Shown piece after piece: positions 37,001 through 48,983 of a stretch of DNA of 64,000 nt. Under the pieces are notes generated by a model. That model made no database searches, was not told the DNA's origin, and was given only the letters and a program-made list of their open reading frames with translations. This stretch comes from Takakia lepidozioides (Eukaryota; Plantae; Bryophyta): assembly GCA_030704615.1 (NCBI GenBank), contig CM060731.1, positions 81,716,001-81,780,000 on the forward strand, given 5' to 3'. Within the stretch, counting starts at the first letter, position 1; each line of letters starts with the position of its first letter. A program made the position numbers and the translations under genes.

Positions 37001-38270
37001 GGTGGCACACAGCAAGTCTCTGGCGGAGCAGAAGGGGAAGCCAAGAAGAGGGCTGCCGGTACAGAGCCTAAAGACACCCCTGGTTTTGAAGCCATGATGG
37101 AATCTTCACGGCTGTGAGCACGAATTGCAAGAGCACTCGGGGGGGGGGGGGGGTTGAGGTGGAGAGAGCTTGCGACATGATTCTCCTCGACATTCCAGAT
37201 GGGGAGCTGCTGGAGGGCCTGGATGGTGTGCCCACCTGGAATAGGTTTACTGAGGACTACTTGAAAGCCGGGTTTGGGCTGGCGGGGATGCTTCTGGATG
37301 ACGGTGGATGTGTGGTTGTCCTTGCCACGAGAGGGAAGACCACAGAGAATGCGGTGGCAAGGTGGACACCGAAAAGTGTCACCCCGGTCCTCCTCAGAAA
37401 ATGGTTCTGCATCAGTACACAGGGGTTGCGAACAGAGGGCCAAAGTGTAAGTTATCAATCTATTGCATTCACTTCATATTATGGTGTATGTTAAGTAGAC
37501 CCTGGAGTTGATCCCTTCTTTGTGGATGTGCAGACATTGGTGTTTGAGGCATATTGCTTTGTGAAGAGAGGGTCTACGTTCAAATTCCGCATTGATGGTC
37601 GTCTTGTTGATGCCACTGTGGACCCTGTAACCTACGATGTCCTCTACAACTATGTGCCCCACTCCAGTATGCCGAAGGACACAAAGACAGGCAAACCGTG
37701 GCGGTACAGCCGGACCCGGAGCCCTGCTTTCATCCAAACCCTCATGGAGACGTGCTCAGATGTCCAAGGGTGGATTTTGGACCTCACATGCGGCACGGGT
37801 AAGCCTTCACGTGCTCAGTTTGTCCCCTAGCCCGATTGCAATTGCATGCCGCAAGCTATTAACCGCCCGCTTTGTTCCTCAGGTGCTTCAATGTGGGCAG
37901 GGACGTTGTCCGACAGGCATGTGTTCGCCTTTGAGCCAGATACTGCCCTCCACAACTCGGAACTTGCAGCGGCTGAACGTCTGCCGAAAGAGGAAGAGGC
38001 ATCCTCGGAGGATGAGGAAAAATCCGAGAAGGAGCAGGGGGAGGAAGTTGGGATCGAGGCCGAGGAGCCCCGGTTTACGAGTGAGTGGTGGCATTGTAAG
38101 TTGCCTCCAGATTTCGTGAGGCACCTCCCTCCGCTCTCTTATTTCATTGAAAACCCTTTCTGGTTGTGCTGGTATTGACATTCTTGAAGTGGATTTGTTT
38201 TTACTGTAGGATGCCAAGTACTGCCGGAGGGACGTCTACACCGGAGTTCATGGGCAGGAGGAACGTGCCT
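34058..38270 (+). pseudogene. Copy C ParB-like/beta-class DNA methyltransferase fusion gene (multi-exon, disrupted)
   Basis: IPLCRLVSLQVVRPAL, KMFYVWDDNHRLLAW; CDMILLDIPDG; LLDDGGCVVV; RSPAFIQTLMETCSDVQGWILDLTCGT|GASMWAG..RHVFAFEPD. Confidence 0.82.
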
Positions 38271-39640
38271 TTTTTTGCCAGGGGGGATTTCAATTTTGGC
38301 TGAGCTATTAGCCCTCCTTAAAGCATTGGTTCTATCATTCTTTGAAACGGCACCCTCCCCTCCTTCAGAGACCTCCGTGCGCTCAGGAGAATTCAAAGGA
38401 GGATCCTGCCAAGTAGGGACTGGTGGCCATGGCTGTTGGCCAGAAGGCCGAGGACCATACTGGCCATACTGTCCATAAGCAGGAGGATATTTCGGTGGCC
38501 TGCCACCCCCATAGCTATTAGGGGGTGGCAAATATGGTGGAGGAGGATACTGGCCATACTGCCCATATGGAGGAGCACCATATTGACCCTGACCATACTG
38601 AGTGCCAGACTGTGGGTACTGAGGCATACCATAATAAGGTGGGGGTACTGGTGGCACAGAACCCACAACGTTGGGAGAGTTAGGGCCACCTCCTGCGTTT
38701 CGTGGGCGCCATCTCCATTGCTAGCAGCAGGGATCGTGGATCCAGTGCGCTTGTGCTTGCCCTGAAAAGAAATTTCCCCAGTACAATGTGGGTGATTACA
38801 CATACATATAGGCAGCAAGCAGCAAATCCTTGAATTCAGGCAAAACAAACTGGAAGCACATATCATTTGTAAAGACAAGATTACCCAAAACTCAGTATGA
38901 TCTTGGGCAGTAAATCTCCCAAATTTGATTGGCCCCAATGATGTCCTCCCAGTACATTTTTGAGCCCTCTTAGGTATGGGGTGTTCCTGAAATCCATAGC
39001 AAGAATTCAAATGGACAAACCTGATGGGTCCATGAGAAGTATCCCTCCAAGTTTTACTGATATTCTGGGTGCATAAGTAACCCAAGTATCTCTATAAGTA
39101 GCCATTGTAGCTTAGTACCAGGACGTTGGTTTCATGGGGCAAAGAATTTGAACACACCTGAAGTCTACATTGGCCTGACATCATGCCTTTGGCACTTCAA
39201 CTTGTCTAGTGGAAATCATTTGTGATTGTGCCTTGGCTGACCCTTGCATTGTCCAACTTCCCTGTCTTGACAGACATACCCTATCTCTTCGTGATTTTAC
39301 CAAAAACATACATAATTAGAATCATGGTCATTGTGAAGAACTATAACTCACAGACGGAGAAGGTGTTCGTAGTGTAGATGATGGGCGTTTTTGTCCTGCG
39401 ACATGAGCATGGGCATGTTCTCCTCGGCTTGCCGTGGCATCCGCCGACGACGCACTCGCCTCGCACTGGCGTGGGAGGAGTGGATCGTCCTCATCGTCCT
39501 CAGAAGAGCCCTCATGCAGAATCGTAGTCTTCATCGTCTTCAGTCTGGCACTTTGCCTTGCAGGACCTTGATCCCTACCTTTTTCCTTCGGAGCGCGTGG
39601 CTTGCGAGGGCGATTCGCTCCCGCAAGCCTGCACAAACAC
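38270..39640 (-). pseudogene. Low-complexity multi-exon ORF divergent from Tnp2 (possible CACTA second gene), truncated
   Basis: Basic/acidic exon (RQSARLK..SSEDDEDD) and Pro/Tyr/Gly/Gln-rich exon; no domain recognised. Confidence 0.45.
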
Positions 39641-40264
39641 CTCCATGACCTCCCTCTCAAACAATCACAAACAAATGTAAGCATACATACCCTAATACTC
39701 TTAAGCCTACGCTGAACCACAGCCGCACCCTACCAGGACGTAATGCCTGCCCACGAATGACGGCGGACATCTCCCGCCTAATGACACACCCTCCTCAAAC
39801 CTAATCGTCACTCACTGCATGTTGTTTGCCTCTCTGTTTGTACAAGTCGCAGCTACTCGCCCCCATTTGTGCTATGAAGCTTATGATCGCTGTAGGAAGG
39901 TTAGAGGATAAGGCAAATCGCAAGTTTAGTGGGTGGGTATCCAAAGTCAGGAACTAAACTCACCCATCTATCGACTGCTTGAACGTTGCTTCCACCTCCT
40001 TTATGGCAGCAATCCGGCGCTCTCGGAACTTCTCGTACTCAGTGAGAGGGACTGTCACTTCTCGTAGCGCAAATGAGAGGGACTGTCACTTCGAAGACCT
40101 TCTGCTTCACCACTGGATACTCCAGAAACGATACTTTATAGTATACTATAGATATAGAAATAGCACATTGGCCAGGCTGGTGCAAACAGAGACAATCAAA
40201 CTGTCGTAGCATGCAAAGAGGGAAGGGGTGACGTTCAAAGCATGTACAGTGCAGGTGCGAACGG

Positions 40265-43200
40265 ATGCGTAGGCGTAGAATAGATGACCGTCTATGGCGA
40301 ATGGAAGAAGCTTATGCCACAAGGAATGGGCATACAAAAATGCTATGCAACTGCGATGAGTGTCATGGAGGAAAAGTACTCTTGTTGGAAACAGTGAGGA
40401 ATCATTACATGATACACGGGAGGGATCCTCTTCTCCAATGTTGCACTTTAGTTTGAATTTTGAATGCAACGATCCTCTTCTCCACATGTCGACATTTCGT
40501 TGGGTGATTGTAGTCAAGAAGTCATAAGATACAGACGTGAGTATGACTACGCCACTTCCGTTATCACTTTAATTAATGCACATGTCGTGTTTTCATTGGT
40601 CATGTGTAGTCATGTAGTCATATATGACTAAGTAAGTGACTGCAACTATGACTTCAATGGTTACAAATGTCGTGTTTTGATTGGGTGTATATTCATAAGA
40701 TACATACGTAAATATGACTGCATCACTGCAATGTCACCGTGCCTCCTATGTCATAATATGAACAAGTGTCACATCGTTGTTTGGTCCACTCACAAGATGA
40801 CTATTGGGACAGGGATGTGAATATTCAGATGATGAAGACGAAGGCCCTGCGGCACAGCGGGAGCCCAATGTCACAGAGAACGCAGATGAGAGTGGTGGAT
40901 TGGAGGTAGAAATGGAAGCGTTTCTCTTTGCAGATGCAAACAGAGAGGACCCCATTCATGGTGGAACCGATCACACATTTGCCGATCATGACGATGATCT
41001 CGACGATTCCGGAGACAATGAATTTGATGAGAATGCTCACCTGCACGTTGATCCCGTATGTAAATGAGCGTCGCAATGTCCACTTTTTGAAGGGTGCTCC
41101 ATCAGCCGGCTGCAAGCAACTTTGACGTTGTTGAACGCATGCACTACCCACAAGTGCACCAATGCATTTGTGGATGAGCTTCTGGGATTGTTGCGTAAGA
41201 GTTTTTTGCCTAAAGAGAATTCATTGCCGAAAACTCACTATGAAGCAAAAACCATGATTGCCAAGATGGGATTGCAGTACACGATGATTCATGCCTGTGA
41301 GCGTGGTTGTGTACTCTTCCGTGGGGAGTATGAGAATGTAGACATTTGCCCAGTGTGCTGCAGTTCCCGTTACATTCCAGGTCGTGGAAGTGTGCCCAAG
41401 AAAGTATTGTGACACTTCCCTGTCATTCCAAGGTTGAAACGTATGTACCGATGTAAATCGATCGCTAACCTCATGACATGGCACGACAGACATAAGAGCT
41501 AGGATGGGTTGGTTCGACATCCAGCTGATAGCAAAGCATGGAAACACATTGACACCACATTTGCGGATTTTGCTGCAGAGCCACGATCTCTGCGATTTGG
41601 ATTGGCCTTAGACGGTGTAAATCCCTACGGAGCTCAATCCACAAGTTGGAGCACATGGCCCGTTCTCTTGGTCAATTACAATCTGCCTCCGTGGTTAATG
41701 ACCAAAAAGTTCTTTGTCATGTTAGCGCTACTGATTCCTGGTAAGGAGTCTGTTACCTCGGACAACGTAGATGTTTACCTGATGCCCCTAGTGGAAGAGT
41801 TATTGGAACTATGGAGAGGGATTGCAGCTCATGATGTTTCCCGTCCTCGTGGTCAACGCGAATTCACACTGAGGGCAGTGTTGATGTGGTCAATCCATGA
41901 CTACCCTGCATATGGCTTGCTCTCAGGTCAAGTGACGAAAGGTTATGCTGGTTGTCCAGCTTGTGGACCCGGGGTGACTTCACAGCAGTTACACACATGT
42001 GGAAAAATTGTTTTCCTAGGCCACCGAAGATTTTTGGCCCGCAATCATCCATATAGAAGGTCAAGAATGTTCAATGGCGCTTCTGAGCATGGAACTCCTC
42101 CAAAAACGCAGACTGGAACACAAATCAAGGACCTCGCAACAGCTCGCACTGCATGGGTGGAAAACGGAGGGACGCCAGATAGCAGGACAGACCCAGCAAA
42201 AACTCATGGAGTTAAGCGATTGTCAATTTTATATGTCTTACCTTATTGGGAGGTAATTCCTTCATGGCCTTTAAATTGGCTGTGTACATTTTTGCATTTT
42301 CTGTTTAAATTGTGATGAGTAAATGCTCAATTGCTTATGTGTTCATTTTGTAGGGTCTCCTCATCCGCCACACGTTTGACGCAATGCATTGCGAGAAGAA
42401 CTTGGCTGAAAATATTATTAAAACTATCTTTGGTGAGAAAGACACATTGAAAGTTCGTCGTGATTTGGAGCTACTTGGGATGCGCCCGGAATTGTGGCTA
42501 CAACGTGATCCTGACAGAGCAGATATGTTAATTATGCCTCCTGCCCCTTATGTCCTCACTGAGGCTGAGTTACAAGTCTTTCTGGAGATTGTGCAAAACT
42601 TGAAAGTGCCAACAGGCTACGCATCAGCTTTCAAAAAGCATGTGGTGAAGAAGAAGTTGTCAGGCATGAAATCACATGACTATCATGTGCTCATGCAGCA
42701 AATTATACCGCTTGCTATCCGTGGGCTCATGCCAACTGGTCCTCGAAGGGCCATTTTGCAAGTATGTCGTGTATTTAAGAAGTTGTGTGCAAAAGTGGTG
42801 AATCCTGTAGAGTATGAGGAATTGAGAACTGAAGCAGTTCTCACTCTGTGTCTTATAGAGAAGGAGTTCCCACCATCATTTTTTGATGTGATGACACATC
42901 TGGTTGTTCACCTAGTGGATGAGTTGTACTTATGCGGGCCCGTAGCATCTCGTTGGATGTACCCCATGGAGCGGGCAATGAAAGATATGAAGGGCTACGT
43001 AAGAAACATGGCAAGGCCCGAGGGGAGCATGGCAGAAGGATACCAATTTGAAGAAGCATTGGGTTTTTGCACAGAGTATATGGCAGGATTTGATGGAAGT
43101 GTACGAAGGGTGTGGGATGCAGATGAGGCAGAATCTGTGGAACGTGAAGTTGTGGAAGGAAGTTCTAAAGCCCAAAAATTGAATGACCTGTGTGATATTG

Positions 43201-44336
43201 TACATGAGTACATCATTCAGAACCATCCTCGTCTATCAGTCATGTTGGGGTAAGAAATCTACTTCATTGACATTCGATTTCCAAGTTTTAGTCATTTATC
43301 ATTAGTTGGCATATGGCGTCTTTTCAAATCTCCCACGCCACCTCTGTCAATCTCCTGGCTGACCCTCGGATTGTGACAGGATATATGAAGCAGAGTCCAC
43401 ACGGATAGAAGCCAGACGACGCTTGTTTTGTGAGGAGCAAGGGCTGGAAGGCATGAGCAATCCCACGGCAATTCAGTACCCTCCTGATTTGCATCCTTGT
43501 CCTCCATTTGCTGTTTGGCTCCCTCAAGGTGTACGGGATCATCTCTCAATTCAATCAGATGGGCTTGATCCTACAACACGTGAGGAATTACTGGATCTTT
43601 CAAGGCCTCCATCATTTACTGCCCTGTCATTCAAGAGTATGACAGCGTATGGTAACCATTACAGGGTTACATCCCCCGGCATGAACACAACAAGTATGGT
43701 GTCTTTTGATTGTGGAGTCTCATCTGTTTTCCAGCACCAGCCCATTACCAACAATTCAGGCAATGACATGGAGGAACCTACAAGATATGTGGGTCTTATA
43801 AGGGAGATTTTGCAAATTGACTATGGCCAAACACAACCTATAGTGTTTTTGTGTTCGTGGGTACGGGCGAGTCGCGTGGGTCGTCAACCTATGTCAATGA
43901 AGCAGGATGATGCTGGCTTCACACTTGTCAATTTTAACCGTATGCTTCCACCTTCTGAGCAACCTTTTGTGTTTCCTGGCAAGGTTGATCAAGTGTTTTT
44001 TTTTCTGATTGTGTGAAGGAGCCGGGGTGGAAAGTCGTCCTGGAGAAGAGCCCCCGAGCACGTAGAGTGGTCTGCGACATATCAATTGATAATGATGATG
44101 TGGCGGAAGTGGAAGGATTGTTAGCCCCACAAAGACTAGAGGAGACTGTGGTTACTGATGGCGCAACATGCAGCCGAGCGGTACCGGTTACTCCAGAGCA
44201 GGTGGCCTCCTTGTACCTCCGAGCACCCCGTATACGTGGTGATGATGTTCAGCCAACCCTTGGAGAAGATGAAGTCTGTGATGAAGACAGTGATACATGT
44301 AGTGACCCAGACATAGATGAGGATGATGAAGATTAG
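40265..44336 (+). pseudogene. CACTA Tnp2/TnpD-like transposase (introns, stops, frameshifts)
   Basis: CNCDEC..VRNHY; IHACERGCVLFRGEY..CPVC; RHPADSKAW..DGVNPY..YNLPPW; KSHDYHVLMQQ, FPPSFFDVMTHLVVHL, RWMYPMER; EQPFVFP..QVFF. Confidence 0.95.
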
Positions 44337-46955
44337 ATATGCGCGATTTGTGCACTCCAGTTATAGACCATGCATGATAGTTTAAGGTGGTAACACTCCC
44401 TTTGCATTCCCATTAAGATATCATGCTTGGACACTGGAGTGCTTTCCTTTCAACACCCTTTATTCATTTGTTGTTGCAATTGGCTTTGGACCAACCCGTG
44501 CTGGTACCATTGCCATGGGTTCTGCCTGCAATGTTTTCTTGCCATGGATTCGGCACACGCCACGAAAGGCCATCCAGACCATCCTCTGGAAATGCTCCAA
44601 TGTTGTTTCAAACATCTCCACATTGCAATGGATACAACACTGACATTAGATGAGTGAAAGTGAGACTAGACCTCCAGCCAGCCGGCTTTCCCACATCAAA
44701 TTGAAGGGGATCTGTAGATTATAGATAACGGCTGTTGCCTTCTCAATGTCTTTTCCAATGACCTCTGCAATGAACTGGGGTATAAGATCCTTCAAATCAC
44801 AAGTTTGAGCATCACGCACAAGCCACTTACGGGGATAGAGTTTCCAATGCGAACCATTGGTCTTTTATTGATAGCATTGTTGTAAAATACATGGACCAAC
44901 ATGGTCAATTTCGGGAATGACATATAGTACGCTTTCATGTACTATGTAAGCATGCAACTATGTACCAGTGACGTGGCTTGTTCGCCACTTAACCTGTTTG
45001 CCCATTCAGCCAGCTCCACATTGTCATGGATTTTGCATGCTGGATTGTGAGGCCATCCACACCGTCCTCTGGAAATGCTATCATGGGGTTTCAGCTATGT
45101 CCACATTTCCCTGGATTATGCCTGCACGAAGCAAGGCCAACTGCATTCAGCACCCTCCACTTTATTATAGTATTGCAGCAACATTCAAAGCACTTCAATT
45201 TGTATCCATCGAAAACATCTAGGCTGGAAAAAGACATTGTTGCAGCAGAACTTAGGAAAGTACTTCTCCCCTTCCACTACACACGTGAAATGAAAGAAGC
45301 CAACCAACAGCATACCAGCCAAGAAAATATGAAACCAGCCAAGAAAAGAGCCAATATATGCAGTGAAGGTCGACACTAAATGAAACTTATCCAACACTTA
45401 CATTAGAGGAGGGAAGCTAAGTCTTACCTCCATAAGCTTGCCCACATCAAATTTGGGAGCTTTCAGAATTTCTCCTTTCCGGTTGAATGAACTTGGCTAC
45501 AAGATCCTTCAAATCGCAAGTTTGAGCTTCACACACAATGAACTTGCAGGGATTGAGCTTCCAATGCGAACCAGGAGTCTTATATTGATAGCATTGTTGT
45601 AAAACACATGGACCAACAATGACAGTCTCTGGAATGACATATAGTACAGTAATGACATATAGTACAGCATGCCGCTTCCAGTTGACCATCTACCCATGTA
45701 GGTTTCTTGTACCTATCCTTCCACAGGGAATCATAGGTAATGTGGAGCTTGAAATCCAGCCCTCTTGGATGAATGTGGACCCACACTCTATCCCTGCTCC
45801 TTCAGCTATCCATGCCTCTGACAGCCTACAATTCTACCAGCAAACACCCCAACCATACTGGTGTGGAGTTCTTCCCCAAAACACCCCAACCCTACTTATC
45901 ACAATCTGAAATGCATCTGCTTCTCTCTGTAGTCCAACAGGCATTCGCCTTTTTGTCTCCATTGTCCCACCATTGGGGTCGGAAAGTGTTCACCCCAAAG
46001 CTTCTCCTCACCTCTATTATATGTTTTTGGATACTTCCCTGCTGCCACACTGGCAGTAACTTGCCAAAGTCACTCCAAACCACCACATATGTACCCAACG
46101 ACCTAACTTACAGAATTCAATATGCATCTTGCGGCCGAGTCTGATGAGAGGGCAACACAGGCTGAAATAGGTTGAAGAAGAAGGTGCCCTACCACATTGT
46201 CCTTGACCTGTCCTGACCCATGGAGGATTTGACTAATGACCTCTTGTGTGTGCTGCTTGTGTCTGTAGTCAGGTAATGTCGGATTGGTCTGTCAGATCAA
46301 ACCACTACGGCGTAGATGAGTAGTCAGAGATTGAAACACGCTTGCTAAGACCAAGCTAACTCTCCCAAGAACGGCGAGCTTGCTTGTCCTCGTCTCGTCT
46401 CCTCCTCCTCTTCTCCTTCGTGCATCATTTGCTCAACGCCTCCATCCCACGCCCCTGCATATCCTGCTATCATCGCGTTCCATCCCTCAGCTATGTGGTG
46501 TGGCGCAGGAGACAAAAAGACGCCAAGTCCCAGCCCTCCTTTCTGTTCACGATTACACTAATGTGCAACTTTATTAGCAAAAATTTTAACTTTTTTAAAC
46601 CTAATGGGCAACCTTATTTGCATTATATGTGTCTTCAAAATGACACGTGTAGTGATGTAGTCGTATAAATAGAGCTCTGAAACCATCTTCAGTCATGGAG
46701 TCATAAGATTCCATGAAACGTCGTCCACGTGTAGTCAAACATATCACACTAGTCATATAAACCATCCCTGTCATCATGGTCAACAATGTTTGACCAATGC
46801 TCCCTAACTTTCCGGAGTCATGTAGTGATATCCATTACTACAAAGTCATAAAACTAAAACTGTAATGCATTTCAGCGCTCTGTAGTCATGTACCTAGTGC
46901 AGTTTTTATGACTCCACCAAACCCGTAGTCCTAAAAATGCTCATCTCTTGTAATG

Positions 46956-48127
46956 ACCGTCAAGTTTAGTCCCCACAGAATCCCCTTCACTCAAAATATG
47001 GCTTTCCAAGAAGGACTTGCTTGCGCCAAGAGCAATTGCAGATGTTGTTGCGGATGGGTTTCTCCCGAACTCCTGTTTAATCCAATCATGATGCATGAAA
47101 TGGACAAGAAACGCGACGGGCACCCGTGGTGAAGAACAAAAACATTCAATATTCAGAATGACGACAAACTTGTTTTCAGGAGGACAGTTTGCAATGGACA
47201 CCTTAGGTGTGATAATTTGAATTGCAGACACTTTCTTCAGTCTGGGGTTCATAATCAAAGCGAATGGGAGGGTCTGGCGGAAAATCCATTTCAGCCTGGG
47301 ACTGCCCTTCCACCGGCAAACACTTTCGTCTGCAAATTCTGCAAACTTGTGCCATCCTGCTTGGCGCTCTGCGGAGCAAGAATGTACTATGTTGTCCACC
47401 GTTTGAAAACAATGCGATACTGTCTCAACACTCTCCCTGTAATCCCCCTTCGAGACAGGATGGTTATGGAATCCGAAATGCACACAAGCTCTACACCTCC
47501 AACTCGCGGAGGAAGAGGCAGCTCGAATAGGATATCGCCATCAAAAGTCTCTGGCAAGAACTTCACAGGCACCTGCTTCAAAGATTCCCAATCAATTCCC
47601 CGCAACTCACTTTTGAATCCAGCCATTCCTCCCATCGCCCGCAATTTTGGAATGACACTACAAATCTCTTCTTCATCAGCTTCTCCAACCACAGTAGGAA
47701 TGACTGGATTTGGAATTTCACTTATGTCATCATCGGAAGAATCCAAAAGCTCAACGATTGGAGTGGAGGACGTCTGTTCTTATTTCACCACCACCTCCCT
47801 CTTGTCTTCAACGACTGAAGCAGCAATCTCGGGCGTCACATATGACCCAAGGGACTTTCGCCGAGGCTCTCCAAGTACTCTGTATCGACCAGGACGCACT
47901 CTCCACTGGCTGATATGAGCCGTCTCATCACGGTTTTGGAAAGAGTAGTTCAACAACTTCCCTTTAAGATCGTACACCTATTTCTCCAAAAAGATGGAGC
48001 CATTCTGCAGCTGAAAACGGGTAGCCAAGACATGTTTCTGAACAATTGCAAATCCATTGTCAAGGACTTCCTGGGAGAACGACACTGGTTTGTCGTCAGA
48101 GAATAACTCCGCTTCAGAGGAAGCCAT
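46956..48127 (-). pseudogene. Copy B transposase, 5' part (internally scrambled)
   Basis: ATG 48127 MASSEAELFSDDKPV; ..SVGTKLDG joins in frame to VALDLVMDHF across the CACTA. Confidence 0.9.
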
Positions 48128-48983
48128 CTTCCTTCCTCGCGTACGTTTGTACCTTGCTATCGCAGATCTAGTGTAAATCGGTTTACTGATGTCTCCAGAA
48201 CACAGTTGAAGAATGAGCAGAGAATATGGCGGAGGAAGCTCAGACAACGACTGTGCATATTATGTTATTCTTTCCAGATATGCAGCCGTCCATTTTAATT
48301 ACTTTTCTTGTGGGCCCAGTGGTCAGAGTATCCCTAGGAGCAGTGTCGGCAGCTGTTAAACCGTTAACCAGAACCTCATCAATAAACCCAATAACAAAGC
48401 CGACTTCCTGGAAGCATGCCACAGGATCTGAGGATGGGATTGCAGATTAAGTAAATGTATCTTTATACTACTACCAATGATCATGCGCACCTGGAAAGTT
48501 CCAAATGTGAAACGAATGTGGGGTTTGGCTAACAAGGATGACCGTGTATGATATTCCAAGATTTGTCATCAAAATCTCGTTCATTTACATTTATTTGTGT
48601 AAGACTGTGCGCCAAGATTTCTGGGATTCGCTGTTATTTTTAAATATTGAAACCGTTCTAATAAAGAACACGCCGTTTATTTTGGGCGACACACGTCAGA
48701 CATCCATAACTGAATACGAACAGCTGTACACCAATTGCTGGCATGTGCACTAATAAGGGAACGACTATGTGTAACGGTCACGCAAGAGGGAATCTGATGC
48801 TTCTAGAGACACGCAACAACGCAGGCAATCCCACAAGAAATCGGGAGTCACTGCGTTTTTTTACTTTTCGCGCTTAGAGAGAGAGTGGTAGTCAAGCTGG
48901 AGAGGGTTCCTTCTACAATACGAAAGAGAAGAAAGTCTCTTTATTTTACTTCCCTTAGAGAGAGACGCAGAGCAAGAGAGCAA

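Larger units (their letters stand above)
16068..38270. mobile_element. Divergent MULE-ParB/MTase family copy C (ends uncertain, right end apparently lost)
   Basis: Same head-to-head gene pair as copy B; putative left end rich in CATGAGC; no TSD or right TIR found. Confidence 0.75.
15899..46955 (+). mobile_element. CACTA (En/Spm) transposon with nested inserts
   Basis: Left CACTACAACAGATGAGCGTTTTTATGACT; right reverse complement CATTACAAGAGATGAGCATTTTTAGGACT; TSD ACC (15896-15898, 46956-46958); ATGACTAC/GTAGTCAT subterminal motifs; Tnp2 gene. Confidence 0.95.

Noticed and set aside
37233-37250. CACCTGGAAT matching 16058-16067 as a TSD for copy C
   Set aside because: It lies inside the MTase coding exon (VPTWNRF) with no TIR next to it; probably chance.
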